Source: an uncultured Clostridiaceae bacterium
GTDB taxonomy: Bacteria; Bacillota; Clostridia; Lachnospirales; Lachnospiraceae
Assembly (NCBI GenBank): GCA_947177415.1
Contig: CAMWUK010000005.1
Span: forward strand, 1,290 to 65,289
DNA length: 64,000 nucleotides
Reading direction: 5' to 3'
Part shown: positions 9,659-18,834 of the stretch, piece after piece
Layout: each line of letters starts with the position of its first letter
How positions within the stretch are numbered: position 1 is the stretch's first letter
Made by a program: the position numbers and the translations under genes
The notes under the pieces: generated by a model
Seen by the model: only the letters and a program-made list of their open reading frames with translations
Told to the model about the DNA's origin: nothing
The model's database searches: none

Positions 9659-9708
9659 ATATATCAGATTGATATATTTATGTTATATCAGTCTGATATA
9701 TTTGTCAA
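9659..9708 (-). promoter_or_regulatory. Two palindromic operator candidates and a -35 box upstream of the 4Fe-4S/PadR operon
   Basis: ATATATCAGATTGATATAT (9659-9677) and TATATCAGTCTGATATA (9684-9700) share half-sites TATATCAG/CTGATATA. TTGACA on the minus strand at 9703-9708. Confidence 0.5.
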
Positions 9709-9829
9709 TATAAATCTAACATATATTTTGAGAAAACGATAAAAACATTAAAGCACCTGCCACATGACTATATCTTTCAGTCAGCAGCAAGTGCTTATAT
9801 GTTCCATATAAAATTACAAAAATTCTACT

Positions 9830-9990
9830 AGTGTACTGTCTCATTCATTTTCAACTAAATGACGCAGAATGAATTTTCACTCTGCAAGGCGACTGAACGA
9901 GGCGATACGATGGCGTCGTTGAGTGAAGCCAACATAGCAGATGGAAATTCAGACAAGTTATTTGGTGAAATGTGAATTATACAGTACGCT
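9830..9990. repeat. ~160-bp imperfect long palindrome with 10-bp terminal inverted repeats
   Basis: AGTGTACTGT (9830-9839) pairs with ACAGTACGCT (9981-9990). Internal arms also pair (TCATTCATTTTCAAC with GGTGAAATGTGAATTA). Single copy in this window. Confidence 0.5.
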
Positions 9991-10023
9991 AACCTCTGTA
10001 ACTGGATAAACTTTTATGTATCC

Positions 10024-10533
10024 TCAATTATTCATGTTATATATTATTCCCTCTAGTCTCAACAATTCTACTTTTTTCTCCAATCCTCCTGCATATCCAG
10101 TGAGATTACCATTTGCCCCTACCACTCTATGGCATGGCACAATAATAGAAATGGGGTTATGTCCTACTGCACCTCCAACCGCCTGTGCCGACATTCTGCT
10201 TATACCTCGTTTTTTCGCAATTTGTTTTGCAATCTCTCCATAAGTAGTTACTTCACCATAAGGAATTCCCATTAAAATATCCCATACTTCTTTGCGAAAT
10301 TCACTTCCCTTTAGAGAGATAGCAGGTGTAAAATCTGGCTCTATCCCACTAAAATAAATATCCAGCCATCTGGCAGTCTCATCAAAAATTGGCAAAGATT
10401 TTTTTATAGAATCTTCTGGAACCTCACTTTCATAGTATTTTTGCCTTTTAAATACTAAGCTGGTTAGAGTTGTTCCATCACTTACCATTATCATTTCTCC
10501 AAGTGGAGCATCATAACATTTCTGAAAATACAT
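10024..10533 (-). CDS. ogt: Methylated-DNA--protein-cysteine methyltransferase
   Basis: Active-site motif IIVPCHRVVG and HTH region GEVTTYGEIAKQI. ATG at 10533 has an AAGAGGTG RBS. Confidence 0.9.
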   Translation of the reverse strand: MYFQKCYDAPLGEMIMVSDGTTLTSLVFKRQKYYESEVPEDSIKKSLPIFDETARWLDIYFSGIEPDFTPAISLKGSEFRKEVWDILMGIPYGEVTTYGEIAKQIAKKRGISRMSAQAVGGAVGHNPISIIVPCHRVVGANGNLTGYAGGLEKKVELLRLEGIIYNMNN

Positions 10534-10552
10534 GCTTACACCTCTTTTTTCT

Positions 10553-12250
10553 CTATCCAATCAGCACTGTGCTTCCCTCAAAAGCAAAACCATAACAATG
10601 TATTCTCTCTTTTGGAATTCCTTTTGCAATTAAATCTGTGGCATAGCCTTTTTCTTCAATCTGTGTTAAGGCAGCATTGACTGTATCTTCCAGAGTATTT
10701 TCCCGCTTAGGTTTGTGTACCTTAAATTCCAAAATAATGGCATTCTGTCCACTTTCCAATGGTTCTAAGATTACATCATAACGACCGAAACCACTTTCCC
10801 GATTAGAAGTCAGCAGATAACGGTCACGGAGATCCACCAGCAATCCTAATACAAATCCATGGTAAAAACGTTCTGGCTGCTGCTTTTGGGAAGGATGTGT
10901 TCCTGTGTCAAAACTGCTAAAGATTTGTACTGCCACATCATTCATATATTCATTCATGGCATCCAAATCACCCTGTAGTAATGCTTTAATAAAGTTATTA
11001 TAGGAAGTTTTAGATGCCTTTGCAAACCAGCCTTTTATCATATTCCGAAACATAAGATAAACTTCTTTATTTGTAATCTGAAGCTCATAGGAGCAAATTC
11101 CTGAATCTAAATCCTGATCCACATTTTGCACTTTCAAATATCCGCTGGCAACAAAAAGACTCCAGATAGCATCCTCCTCTTCATCTAAGGCACTAAACAC
11201 AATCTGTTCATCCACTTCTGTAATAAAAGAATTGCCTTTTAGCAAATCCTCCATAATCATCTTTACATCCTGGCTGCCATTGCGGATTAGTTTCCCAACC
11301 AGACTATTGGAACTGGTATTCGCCCAGTAAGCTGCAAACTTCTTTTTATCCAGAAAATTAATAATAGACCATGGATTATAAATGTCCATTATGCTTCCAA
11401 AAGTAAAACCATCATACCATTTTTTCACATCTTCTTTTTTATCTGATAAGCCATACTGCTCCAAGGCTTTGAAAACCTCCTGCTCCGTAAAACCAAAACA
11501 GTCTGCATACTTTTCAGAAGTAGTGGTAACTACTTCAAGGTTATTCAAATCAGAAAAAATGGATTCTTTGCTCACTCTGGTAATCCCTGTCATAATGGCA
11601 CGATCCAAATAGGGGTTGGTCTTAAATGTGGAGTTAAACAAGCTTTGCATAAAAGAAACCAACTCTTCCCAATAACCTTTCGTATATGCTTCCTGCATAG
11701 GGGTATCGTATTCATCTAAAAGGATGATAACTTTTTTTCCATAATGTTTAGAAAGATAACAGGATAACCGGTGCAGGGACATGCAAGCAAGTGTATCATC
11801 CATCTTCTCTTTTTGTTCTATGGTTTCCCTAATATAAAATTTTTCATTTTCCGAAATCAAACCGCTATCAAGCAGGTTATTATAGAAATCATATAGATCT
11901 GCAATCATTCTGCATATATTTTCTCTTGTGTGGTTAAAACTTTCCTCTTTTATATTGGCAAAAGAAATACTAATTACAGGATAAGTCCCCTGTAATTCCC
12001 AGTACTTCTCCTCATTCCAGATAGAAAGTCCCTGAAATAACTCTCCCATTCCTTCATAATGGACAGAGAAAAATTGTTCCACCATGCTCATGTTCAAAGT
12101 TTTTCCAAAACGGCGTGGGCGTGTAATTAAAGTGACTATGTCCCCAGATTCCCACCATTCTTTTATAAAATTGGTTTTATCTATATAGAAATAATCTTTT
12201 GCCCGAAGTTCCCCAAAATTCTGTACACCTATGGCAACTGTTTTTGGCAT
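10553..12250 (-). CDS. AAA-ATPase-like domain protein with C-terminal PD-(D/E)XK-type nuclease domain
   Basis: N-terminus FGELRAKDYFYIDKTNFIKEW...ITRPRRFGKTLNMSM matches the predicted AAA-ATPase family. C-terminus GFGRYDVILEP...ILEFK matches the associated nuclease domain, from recollection. Start at ATG 12250 after a GGAGG RBS. Confidence 0.75.
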   Translation of the reverse strand: MPKTVAIGVQNFGELRAKDYFYIDKTNFIKEWWESGDIVTLITRPRRFGKTLNMSMVEQFFSVHYEGMGELFQGLSIWNEEKYWELQGTYPVISISFANIKEESFNHTRENICRMIADLYDFYNNLLDSGLISENEKFYIRETIEQKEKMDDTLACMSLHRLSCYLSKHYGKKVIILLDEYDTPMQEAYTKGYWEELVSFMQSLFNSTFKTNPYLDRAIMTGITRVSKESIFSDLNNLEVVTTTSEKYADCFGFTEQEVFKALEQYGLSDKKEDVKKWYDGFTFGSIMDIYNPWSIINFLDKKKFAAYWANTSSNSLVGKLIRNGSQDVKMIMEDLLKGNSFITEVDEQIVFSALDEEEDAIWSLFVASGYLKVQNVDQDLDSGICSYELQITNKEVYLMFRNMIKGWFAKASKTSYNNFIKALLQGDLDAMNEYMNDVAVQIFSSFDTGTHPSQKQQPERFYHGFVLGLLVDLRDRYLLTSNRESGFGRYDVILEPLESGQNAIILEFKVHKPKRENTLEDTVNAALTQIEEKGYATDLIAKGIPKERIHCYGFAFEGSTVLIG

Positions 12251-12343
12251 GCTGCCGCCTCCCATTTATCATATTTTCTTTTTATTGTATCAAATCCCTA
12301 CAAACGAAACAAGGGAAATTTGGTTTAATGACATTCTTATCCC

Positions 12344-12419
12344 TTGACTTATTATAGATATTAAATTATAATAAAGAAACAGTTGTTGCACAATATTTGA
12401 TGCATAACAATTGTTTCTT
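12344..12419 (+). promoter_or_regulatory. Consensus-like promoter plus inverted-repeat operator upstream of the TetR gene
   Basis: TTGACT (12344-12349), 17-nt spacer, TATAAT (12367-12372). Then AAGAAACAGTTGTT (12374-12387) pairs with AACAATTGTTTCTT (12406-12419), 13/14 complementary. Confidence 0.65.
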
Positions 12420-12436
12420 GAAAGGAGTTAATAAAA

Positions 12437-13018
12437 ATGCCACCGAAATTCAAATTCACCAGAGCTGACATTACAAAAGCTGCTTTGGATGTAACACGTG
12501 AAAAAGGAATATCTGGACTTACAGCCAGAGAGTTGGCTGCAAAACTGGGATGTTCTGTTAAGCCAATTTTCGGACAATTTCAAAATATGGAAGAAGTACA
12601 ACAGGAAGTGTTAGCTTCAGCAAATGACCTGTATCAAAGTTATTTGCAAGAAGATATACCAAGTGGGAAATACCCACCATATAAAGCAAGCGGTATGTCG
12701 TACATTCGTTTTGCAAAAGAGGAAAAAGAACTTTTCAAACTTCTCTTTATGCGTGACCGTTCCGGTGAAAAGATAGAAGAAAATAAAAAAGAAATAGAAC
12801 CACTTCTTGAGCTGATTGAAAAGAATATAGGACTTAGCAAAGAAGAGGCTTATCTGTTTCACTTGGAAATGTGGCTCTATGTTCATGGAATTGCAACAAT
12901 GATTGCAACTTCCTATCTGGATTGGGATATAGAATTTATCAGCAAGGTTTTGACTGATGCGTATATGGGATTGAAAAGCCATTACTGTGGAGAGGAGAAA
13001 AACAATGGAAGCAATTAA
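12437..13018 (+). CDS. TetR/AcrR family transcriptional regulator
   Basis: N-terminal HTH ITKAALDVTREKGISGLTARELAAKLGCSVKPIF. AAAGGAG RBS. Confidence 0.85.
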   Translation: MPPKFKFTRADITKAALDVTREKGISGLTARELAAKLGCSVKPIFGQFQNMEEVQQEVLASANDLYQSYLQEDIPSGKYPPYKASGMSYIRFAKEEKELFKLLFMRDRSGEKIEENKKEIEPLLELIEKNIGLSKEEAYLFHLEMWLYVHGIATMIATSYLDWDIEFISKVLTDAYMGLKSHYCGEEKNNGSN

Positions 13019-13733
13019 AACAATTGGGCTAATGAAAAAATATAAAGACTTAACTGCAGTTGACAGCCTTGACTTAGTTGTGGAACAGGGAGAACTATTT
13101 TCCTTGCTTGGTGTCAATGGTGCGGGAAAAACAACCACAATAAAAATGCTTTCCTGCCTAACGAAACCGTCCAGTGGGGATGCAAAACTTCTTGGCAACA
13201 GCATTGTGCAGGACACAGCCCAAGTAAAAAATATTATTGGCGTATCCCCACAGGAGACAGCAGTTGCACCGAATCTTACTGTGAAAGAAAATCTGGAACT
13301 GATGTGTGGCGTTCATGGTTTTTCAAAAGAAAAGAGGAAAGTCAAGACAACGGAACTTTCCGAACAATTCGACTTGAATCAAATACTTAACAAAAAGGCT
13401 GGAAAACTGTCAGGCGGCTGGCAGCGAAGATTGAGTATTGCTATGGCTCTTATCAGTGAACCAAAGATCCTGTTTCTTGACGAGCCGACTTTAGGTTTAG
13501 ATGTGCTTGCCAGAAGTGATTTATGGGACACTATTCGTTCCCTTAAGGGTAAGATTACCATAATACTTACCACCCACTATATGGAAGAAGCAGAGGCTCT
13601 CTCTGACCGTATTGGTATAATGAGAGACGGAAAACTCCTTGCACTTGGAACGGCACACGAATTGAAAGAAAAGGCTGGAACTGACAAATTTGAAGATGCT
13701 TTTGTGGCGATTGTAAAGGGGGCTTTAAGATGA
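13005..13733 (+). CDS. ABC transporter ATP-binding protein
   Basis: Walker A GVNGAGKTT, signature LSGGWQRR, Walker B ILFLDEP. ATG at 13005 follows a GGAGAGGAG RBS. Confidence 0.9.
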   Translation: MEAIKTIGLMKKYKDLTAVDSLDLVVEQGELFSLLGVNGAGKTTTIKMLSCLTKPSSGDAKLLGNSIVQDTAQVKNIIGVSPQETAVAPNLTVKENLELMCGVHGFSKEKRKVKTTELSEQFDLNQILNKKAGKLSGGWQRRLSIAMALISEPKILFLDEPTLGLDVLARSDLWDTIRSLKGKITIILTTHYMEEAEALSDRIGIMRDGKLLALGTAHELKEKAGTDKFEDAFVAIVKGALR

Positions 13734-14461
13734 GATTACTAACTTTTTCAGGAAGAACAGCAAAAGAAATACTGCGTGACCCTTTAAATTTAGGATTTGG
13801 TTTGGGGTTCCCCCTTATATTGATATTCTTGCTTTCTGCAATACAGGCAAATGTACCTGTCAGTTTGTTTGAAATTGAGAGCCTTACCCCTGGCATTACC
13901 GTCTTTGGGCTCTCTTTTATGACACTGTTTGCTGCCACTTTAATTGCAAAGGACAGAGAAAGTGCTTTGCTGCAGCGGCTATATACAACTCCGCTTACAG
14001 CATTAGATTTCATTTTTGGATATGTCTTGCCAATTTTGCCTATTGTGGTAGCACAAAGTGTGATTTGCTATGTTGTGGCAATCCTGCTTGGTCTACCTGT
14101 TACGGTAACAATTGTATATGCAGTGCTTTTTATTATCCCTATATCTTTATTCTTTATTGCTTTGGGTCTGCTCTGTGGCAGTGTATTTGGTGTGAAACAG
14201 GTGGGCGGCATTTGTGGGGCATTGCTTACTAATCTAACTGCATGGCTTTCTGGTGTATGGTTTGACCTCAATCTTGTAGGGGGTGCTTTTAAGAAAATTG
14301 CAAACGCTTTGCCTTTTGTTCATGCTGTAGAACTGGAGAGAGCCGTATTAAAGGGAAATTATGCAGATATATTTCCACACATCTATTGGGTACTTGGCTA
14401 TACCATTGTTGCCGTTATTGTAGCGGTGCTGCTCTTTTTACGGCAGATGAAAAGACAATAA
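13730..14461 (+). CDS. ABC-2 type transporter permease
   Basis: 243 aa, 6 predicted TM segments. ATGA overlap with the upstream ATPase gene. Confidence 0.8.
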   Translation: MRLLTFSGRTAKEILRDPLNLGFGLGFPLILIFLLSAIQANVPVSLFEIESLTPGITVFGLSFMTLFAATLIAKDRESALLQRLYTTPLTALDFIFGYVLPILPIVVAQSVICYVVAILLGLPVTVTIVYAVLFIIPISLFFIALGLLCGSVFGVKQVGGICGALLTNLTAWLSGVWFDLNLVGGAFKKIANALPFVHAVELERAVLKGNYADIFPHIYWVLGYTIVAVIVAVLLFLRQMKRQ

Positions 14462-14476
14462 TCCATATAAAGGAAT

Positions 14477-14526
14477 TTGACATTTCCACAAATAACCTTT
14501 ATAATTTTATTACATCTGTAAGATTT
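14477..14526 (+). promoter_or_regulatory. Consensus promoter plus BlaI/MecI-type operator upstream of blaI-blaR1
   Basis: TTGACA (14477-14482), 17-nt spacer, TATAAT (14500-14505). Followed immediately by ATTACATCTGTAAGATTT (14509-14526), which contains a TACA/TGTA dyad. Confidence 0.7.
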
Positions 14527-14528
14527 CC

Positions 14529-14560
14529 GTACTGTAAGCACCACAGTTGTGAACAGTAAC
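14529..14560. repeat. Degenerate copy of the family-B terminal hairpin module
   Basis: GTACTGTAAGCACCACAGTTGTGAACAGTAAC resembles GTTACTGTTTGCACTGTAGGCGTGAACAGTAAC at 59304-59336. Confidence 0.4.
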
Positions 14561-14579
14561 AAGATTTAAGGAGGAAACT

Positions 14580-14966
14580 ATGAAGGTTTTACCACAAATT
14601 TCTGAGGCTGAATATGAAATTATGAAAGTTGTATGGAAACATGCACCAATTAATACGAATGAAATAACAGAGAAATTAACCCAAACTACAACTTGGCGTC
14701 CTAAAACAATACAGACTTTGATAAAACGTCTTGTAACGAAAGGTGTTCTTTCTTATGAAAAACAAGGCAGAGTATTTGTATATACTCCTCAGGTTAAAGA
14801 AAACGACTATGTTGGTCAAGAAAGTAATTCTTTTCTAAAGCGTTTTTATAATGGAAATATTACAACCATGCTATCTGCATACATAGAAAATGATAAACTG
14901 TCTGAAAAAGAAATAGACACTCTCCGTTCCCTTCTCTCTAAAAAGTCAAAAAAAGGAGGCAATTAA
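14580..14966 (+). CDS. blaI: BlaI/MecI/CopY family transcriptional repressor
   Basis: 128 aa. ISEAEYEIMKVVW...TTWRPKTIQTLIKRLVTKGVLSYEKQGRVFVYTP is the penicillinase-repressor signature. AAGGAGG RBS. Confidence 0.9.
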   Translation: MKVLPQISEAEYEIMKVVWKHAPINTNEITEKLTQTTTWRPKTIQTLIKRLVTKGVLSYEKQGRVFVYTPQVKENDYVGQESNSFLKRFYNGNITTMLSAYIENDKLSEKEIDTLRSLLSKKSKKGGN

Positions 14967-14967
14967 C

Positions 14968-16764
14968 ATGACTGGTTTTATAATACGCTTTTTTATATGC
15001 AACCTTTTTATCAGTGTTATTGTCGTAATCCTTTTGGTAGCCAAACAGATATTCAAAAATAATTTGTCTGCCCGCATGCAGTATAATTTGTGGTTTTTCT
15101 TTCTAGGACTGTTAGCAGTTCCTTTCATACCATTACGTCTAATTGGATTTCCACAGATATTTTCACTCCTTGAAATTCTAAAAAACTTCTCTGCATCAAA
15201 TGCTGAAACTGTTATAGAAAAATCTTCCAATGCAAATTTAATTGGAGCAGCAAACTGGATGAATGACTTTACTCTATCTGTCAGCATAGAAACACCTTCC
15301 AGGATTGGATTAATATTAACTGGAATATGGATTTTAGGTATTGTTGTAATGATTCTGCTGCTGGTAAAAATGTCCCTTCATCTACATATTTTGAAAAATT
15401 CTGCTCTTCCCCTTCAAAATCCGAAAGTTCGCAGGCTATACAATAATTGTTTAGATGAAATGAAAATAAAAAAACATATTCCAGTTTACAGTACTGCTTT
15501 TTTGAAATCTCCTATTATTATGGGTCTTTTTAAACCATGTATTTATCTGCCAATCCACCTGATATCAGACTATAATGCTACAGACCTGCGGTATATGTTA
15601 CTTCACGAACTACAGCATTACAAACACAGGGATGTTCTGGCAGGTTATATAATGAATGTTGCAAGCATGTTCTATTGGTTTAACCCTTTTGTTTGGCATG
15701 CACTAAAAGAAATGGGCAACGACAGGGAAATTGCTTGTGACACTGCTGTTTTGAGTATGCTTGAGGAAGATTCTTATGAAGATTATGGCAATACTCTAAT
15801 TAACTTTACGGAAAAATTGTCTTTATTCCCCTTTCCCTATATCTCTAAACTTAGCGGAAACAAAAAACAGATAAACCGTCGTATTATCAACATTGCCTCC
15901 TACGAAAAGCCATCATTTGGAAAAAAGTTAAAAAATATTATTTCATCTGGGATAATTGCCATTATGCTTTTAAGCCTTACTCCGATATTATCCACTTATG
16001 CAGCAGATGGAAACCATTACCAATGGAAATCTTACTCCAAGAATATTTCCATAGTGGACTTATCAACATTTTTTCATGGATATGAGGGCAGTTTTGTTCT
16101 ATACAACTTAGAAAGCAATACATGGAGCATATATAATATGGAGTATGCCACTTTAAGGATATCACCAAACTCTACATACAAAATTTATAATGCACTATTT
16201 GGATTGGAAGAAGGTATTATTACACCAGAAAACTCATTTATAGCTTGGGATAAAACAAATTATCCCATTAAAGCATGGAACACAGACCAGAACCTGGATT
16301 CTGCCATGCAGTTCTCCGTCAATTGGTATTTTCAGTCAATTGACAGACAGCTTGGTACATCTGCTGTAAAACACTACATACAGGAAACCGGATATGGAAA
16401 TGAGAACATATATGCAGATTTATCCTCTTATTGGATGCAGTCCTCCTTAAAAATTTCCCCTGTAGAACAAGTGGAACTTTTAACAAAATTATTTACAAAT
16501 GATCTGGATTTTGCACCAGAAAATATTAACACAGTAAAAAATTCTCTTCATATATTATCTACTAAGCATGGAGATTTTTATGGAAAAACGGGCACAGGTC
16601 AAGTAAATGAAAAAAATGTAAATGGATGGTTTGTTGGATGCATTACAAACAATGATAATACATATTTCTTTTCCACTAATATCCAATCTTCTGATAATGC
16701 TACAGGAAGCATGGCATCAGAAATTTCCTTGTCTATTTTATCTGATATGAATATATGGAAATAA
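14968..16764 (+). CDS. blaR1: BlaR1/MecR1-type beta-lactam sensor-transducer
   Basis: M56 zinc-protease motif LLHELQHYKHRD. C-terminal penicillin-binding sensor domain with STYK (SxxK) and KTGTG motifs. Confidence 0.9.
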   Translation: MTGFIIRFFICNLFISVIVVILLVAKQIFKNNLSARMQYNLWFFFLGLLAVPFIPLRLIGFPQIFSLLEILKNFSASNAETVIEKSSNANLIGAANWMNDFTLSVSIETPSRIGLILTGIWILGIVVMILLLVKMSLHLHILKNSALPLQNPKVRRLYNNCLDEMKIKKHIPVYSTAFLKSPIIMGLFKPCIYLPIHLISDYNATDLRYMLLHELQHYKHRDVLAGYIMNVASMFYWFNPFVWHALKEMGNDREIACDTAVLSMLEEDSYEDYGNTLINFTEKLSLFPFPYISKLSGNKKQINRRIINIASYEKPSFGKKLKNIISSGIIAIMLLSLTPILSTYAADGNHYQWKSYSKNISIVDLSTFFHGYEGSFVLYNLESNTWSIYNMEYATLRISPNSTYKIYNALFGLEEGIITPENSFIAWDKTNYPIKAWNTDQNLDSAMQFSVNWYFQSIDRQLGTSAVKHYIQETGYGNENIYADLSSYWMQSSLKISPVEQVELLTKLFTNDLDFAPENINTVKNSLHILSTKHGDFYGKTGTGQVNEKNVNGWFVGCITNNDNTYFFSTNIQSSDNATGSMASEISLSILSDMNIWK

Positions 16765-16783
16765 TCAAGGATTGCGAAATGGT

Positions 16784-17515
16784 TCACTTGATGATATGAA
16801 CTCTTGTTCCTTTCTTTTCGTACTCCTTAATCACCTTTAGTGTTACTGGAATAATACACAAGCGGACGCTTTCACCGTATGCAAAGTATGGATACACTCC
16901 AATTTCATTTTGATAATATAAGTCACTGGGAGGATTATCACTGTGAAAACCTTTCTCATTTGGAAATATATTGTCATACGCCAGTTTATTTATTTTTTTA
17001 TATAGCTGTGTGATTTTTTCTTTTGTTAGATTAGGGAAAAATACCTTTAAAGTATAAAAACAAATCTCTTCATATTTTTCATACATTATATCAGAATAAC
17101 TGTGATCATCAAAGTTTATTATTAATTCTTTAACAGAGTCTTCGCCCTCTGGTGTATAAATTGTAATTGTTGGAAGAGTCCATACTTTTTTATCTGTTTT
17201 AAATTCATAATAAATGTCACCCTTATGTTTTCCGAAATTCTGCACAAACGAACTCCATTCTGAATATGGCTGTAAATAATGAACACCTTTATCATTCCAA
17301 TAGTATTTATTATAACAACTAATAAAATCGTTAATGGAGATAGAAAATTTCAGATAATCATTTTTATTATCTTGTGCTTTAATCATTAGTGTAGAAATTT
17401 CTTCCTTTTTGATAGAAGTTTCACTTGTATAACCCTTATATAAAAATACCACATACCCTATTAAAACTAGTAATATGGTTACAAGAATAATTGTTTTTTT
17501 ATTCACCTGCTTCAC
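16784..17515 (-). CDS. Hypothetical membrane-anchored protein
   Basis: 243-aa ORF with an N-terminal TM segment (IILVTILLVLIGYVVFL). No known motif. Confidence 0.55.
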   Translation of the reverse strand: MKQVNKKTIILVTILLVLIGYVVFLYKGYTSETSIKKEEISTLMIKAQDNKNDYLKFSISINDFISCYNKYYWNDKGVHYLQPYSEWSSFVQNFGKHKGDIYYEFKTDKKVWTLPTITIYTPEGEDSVKELIINFDDHSYSDIMYEKYEEICFYTLKVFFPNLTKEKITQLYKKINKLAYDNIFPNEKGFHSDNPPSDLYYQNEIGVYPYFAYGESVRLCIIPVTLKVIKEYEKKGTRVHIIK

Positions 17516-17523
17516 CTTCCTAA

Positions 17524-18834
17524 TCAGTCACCAATTTGATTCAAATTAGCAGATATATTCTGAATCCCATTCTCCAAAATCTTGTTTCCTAAATACTTAA
17601 ATCCTCCATTTTTATTAAACTTAATGATAAGTTCATGGGTTATAGCAGCATCATCACATAAAACCATTTCACATACAGCATCTACAGTTAATGTGACTGT
17701 GCCATTCTTATTTTCTTTTATTTTCGTAACCTCAGGTACAGAAGTTCCAATAAAAGATGGTATATAGTTAAAACATCCTGCTTCTCCCCATGTATAAATC
17801 TGTTTTCCTTCATCAAATGTTACATATTTTTGTAGCTGTTTTGCTGTTATTGGAAGATATTCCATAATCACACACTCAAATTCTTTTTTGGGTATTCCTT
17901 CTGGATAACTCTCTGCAGGAAATTCCTTCTGATATTTCATTTCATACAGATACCTATACATTCCCTTGTAATCTAATTTCTCCATGTGTTTATCATCCCA
18001 ATCTGAATTTAAAAGATTATGCCCTTGATATCCCAATCCTTTTACACATTTTTTTGACATCTCACGATGTTGTTCGTTCATTGGCTTTACTCTCACTAAA
18101 TAGCTCCCGTCAACCATTTCACTAACTTCTGGCAAATCTGGCACACATAAATTATAGCAGAACCAGCCTTTCTTTGTATATCTCCACTCCTTTATTCTGG
18201 TATAGGAACTATAGGTAATCTCTGGTTTATTTTCCTTATCCCATATCGCACTTGTGCTTAAAACATACATATCTGTCCCATTAAAAATATATTTCATTCT
18301 ATTTATCCCACCATCAGAACGAATTTCGTATATTACTTTTTGGCTGCTTTTATTTCCCTGACATTTTTTTAGAAAATCTTCCATATCCTTACAATTTTCC
18401 ATGTTGGAATATGTCACAGCTGTCGTAACAGGGCATCTTGTTTCTTTCAGTTTATCCTGCATCTTTAAAACCGTGTCATCCGAAAGAACAACATTAGATG
18501 TCTCCCCTTTTTTTGCATATTTATAAATATCAGAAATAAGGTCCATCACTTTTTTACAATCCCTTTCTGCTTCTTTCCTTTCTCCATCATCAATTGGGAG
18601 ATTATATCCTTTTTCCAGTTGTTCTTGTTCTTCTTTTGAGTTATTCTGTTTTGAAGCCAGCTCCTCACTATCATTTTCTGGAATATGTATCTTTGTCTGG
18701 GGTACATTGCTACACCCTGCAATCCCAGATAAAACAAGAATACATGCCGCACACAAATACCTTCCTAAGTTTCTGCTAATTGTTACCAAACCATTCTTCC
18801 AAAACCTGTTTATCTTTTTCAACAACATAACCAC
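17524..18834 (-). CDS. Putative lipoprotein, unknown function
   Basis: 436 aa with a lipobox-like LSGIAGC. The 5' end overlaps the PBP gene by ~59 nt, so the true start is uncertain. Confidence 0.6.
   Translation of the reverse strand: MVMLLKKINRFWKNGLVTISRNLGRYLCAACILVLSGIAGCSNVPQTKIHIPENDSEELASKQNNSKEEQEQLEKGYNLPIDDGERKEAERDCKKVMDLISDIYKYAKKGETSNVVLSDDTVLKMQDKLKETRCPVTTAVTYSNMENCKDMEDFLKKCQGNKSSQKVIYEIRSDGGINRMKYIFNGTDMYVLSTSAIWDKENKPEITYSSYTRIKEWRYTKKGWFCYNLCVPDLPEVSEMVDGSYLVRVKPMNEQHREMSKKCVKGLGYQGHNLLNSDWDDKHMEKLDYKGMYRYLYEMKYQKEFPAESYPEGIPKKEFECVIMEYLPITAKQLQKYVTFDEGKQIYTWGEAGCFNYIPSFIGTSVPEVTKIKENKNGTVTLTVDAVCEMVLCDDAAITHELIIKFNKNGGFKYLGNKILENGIQNISANLNQIGD

Noticed and set aside
14529-14560. 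A second BlaI operator downstream of the first one.
   Set aside because: It lacks the ATTACAnnTGTAAGATTT pattern. It resembles the family-B MITE terminal hairpin (59304-59336) more closely.
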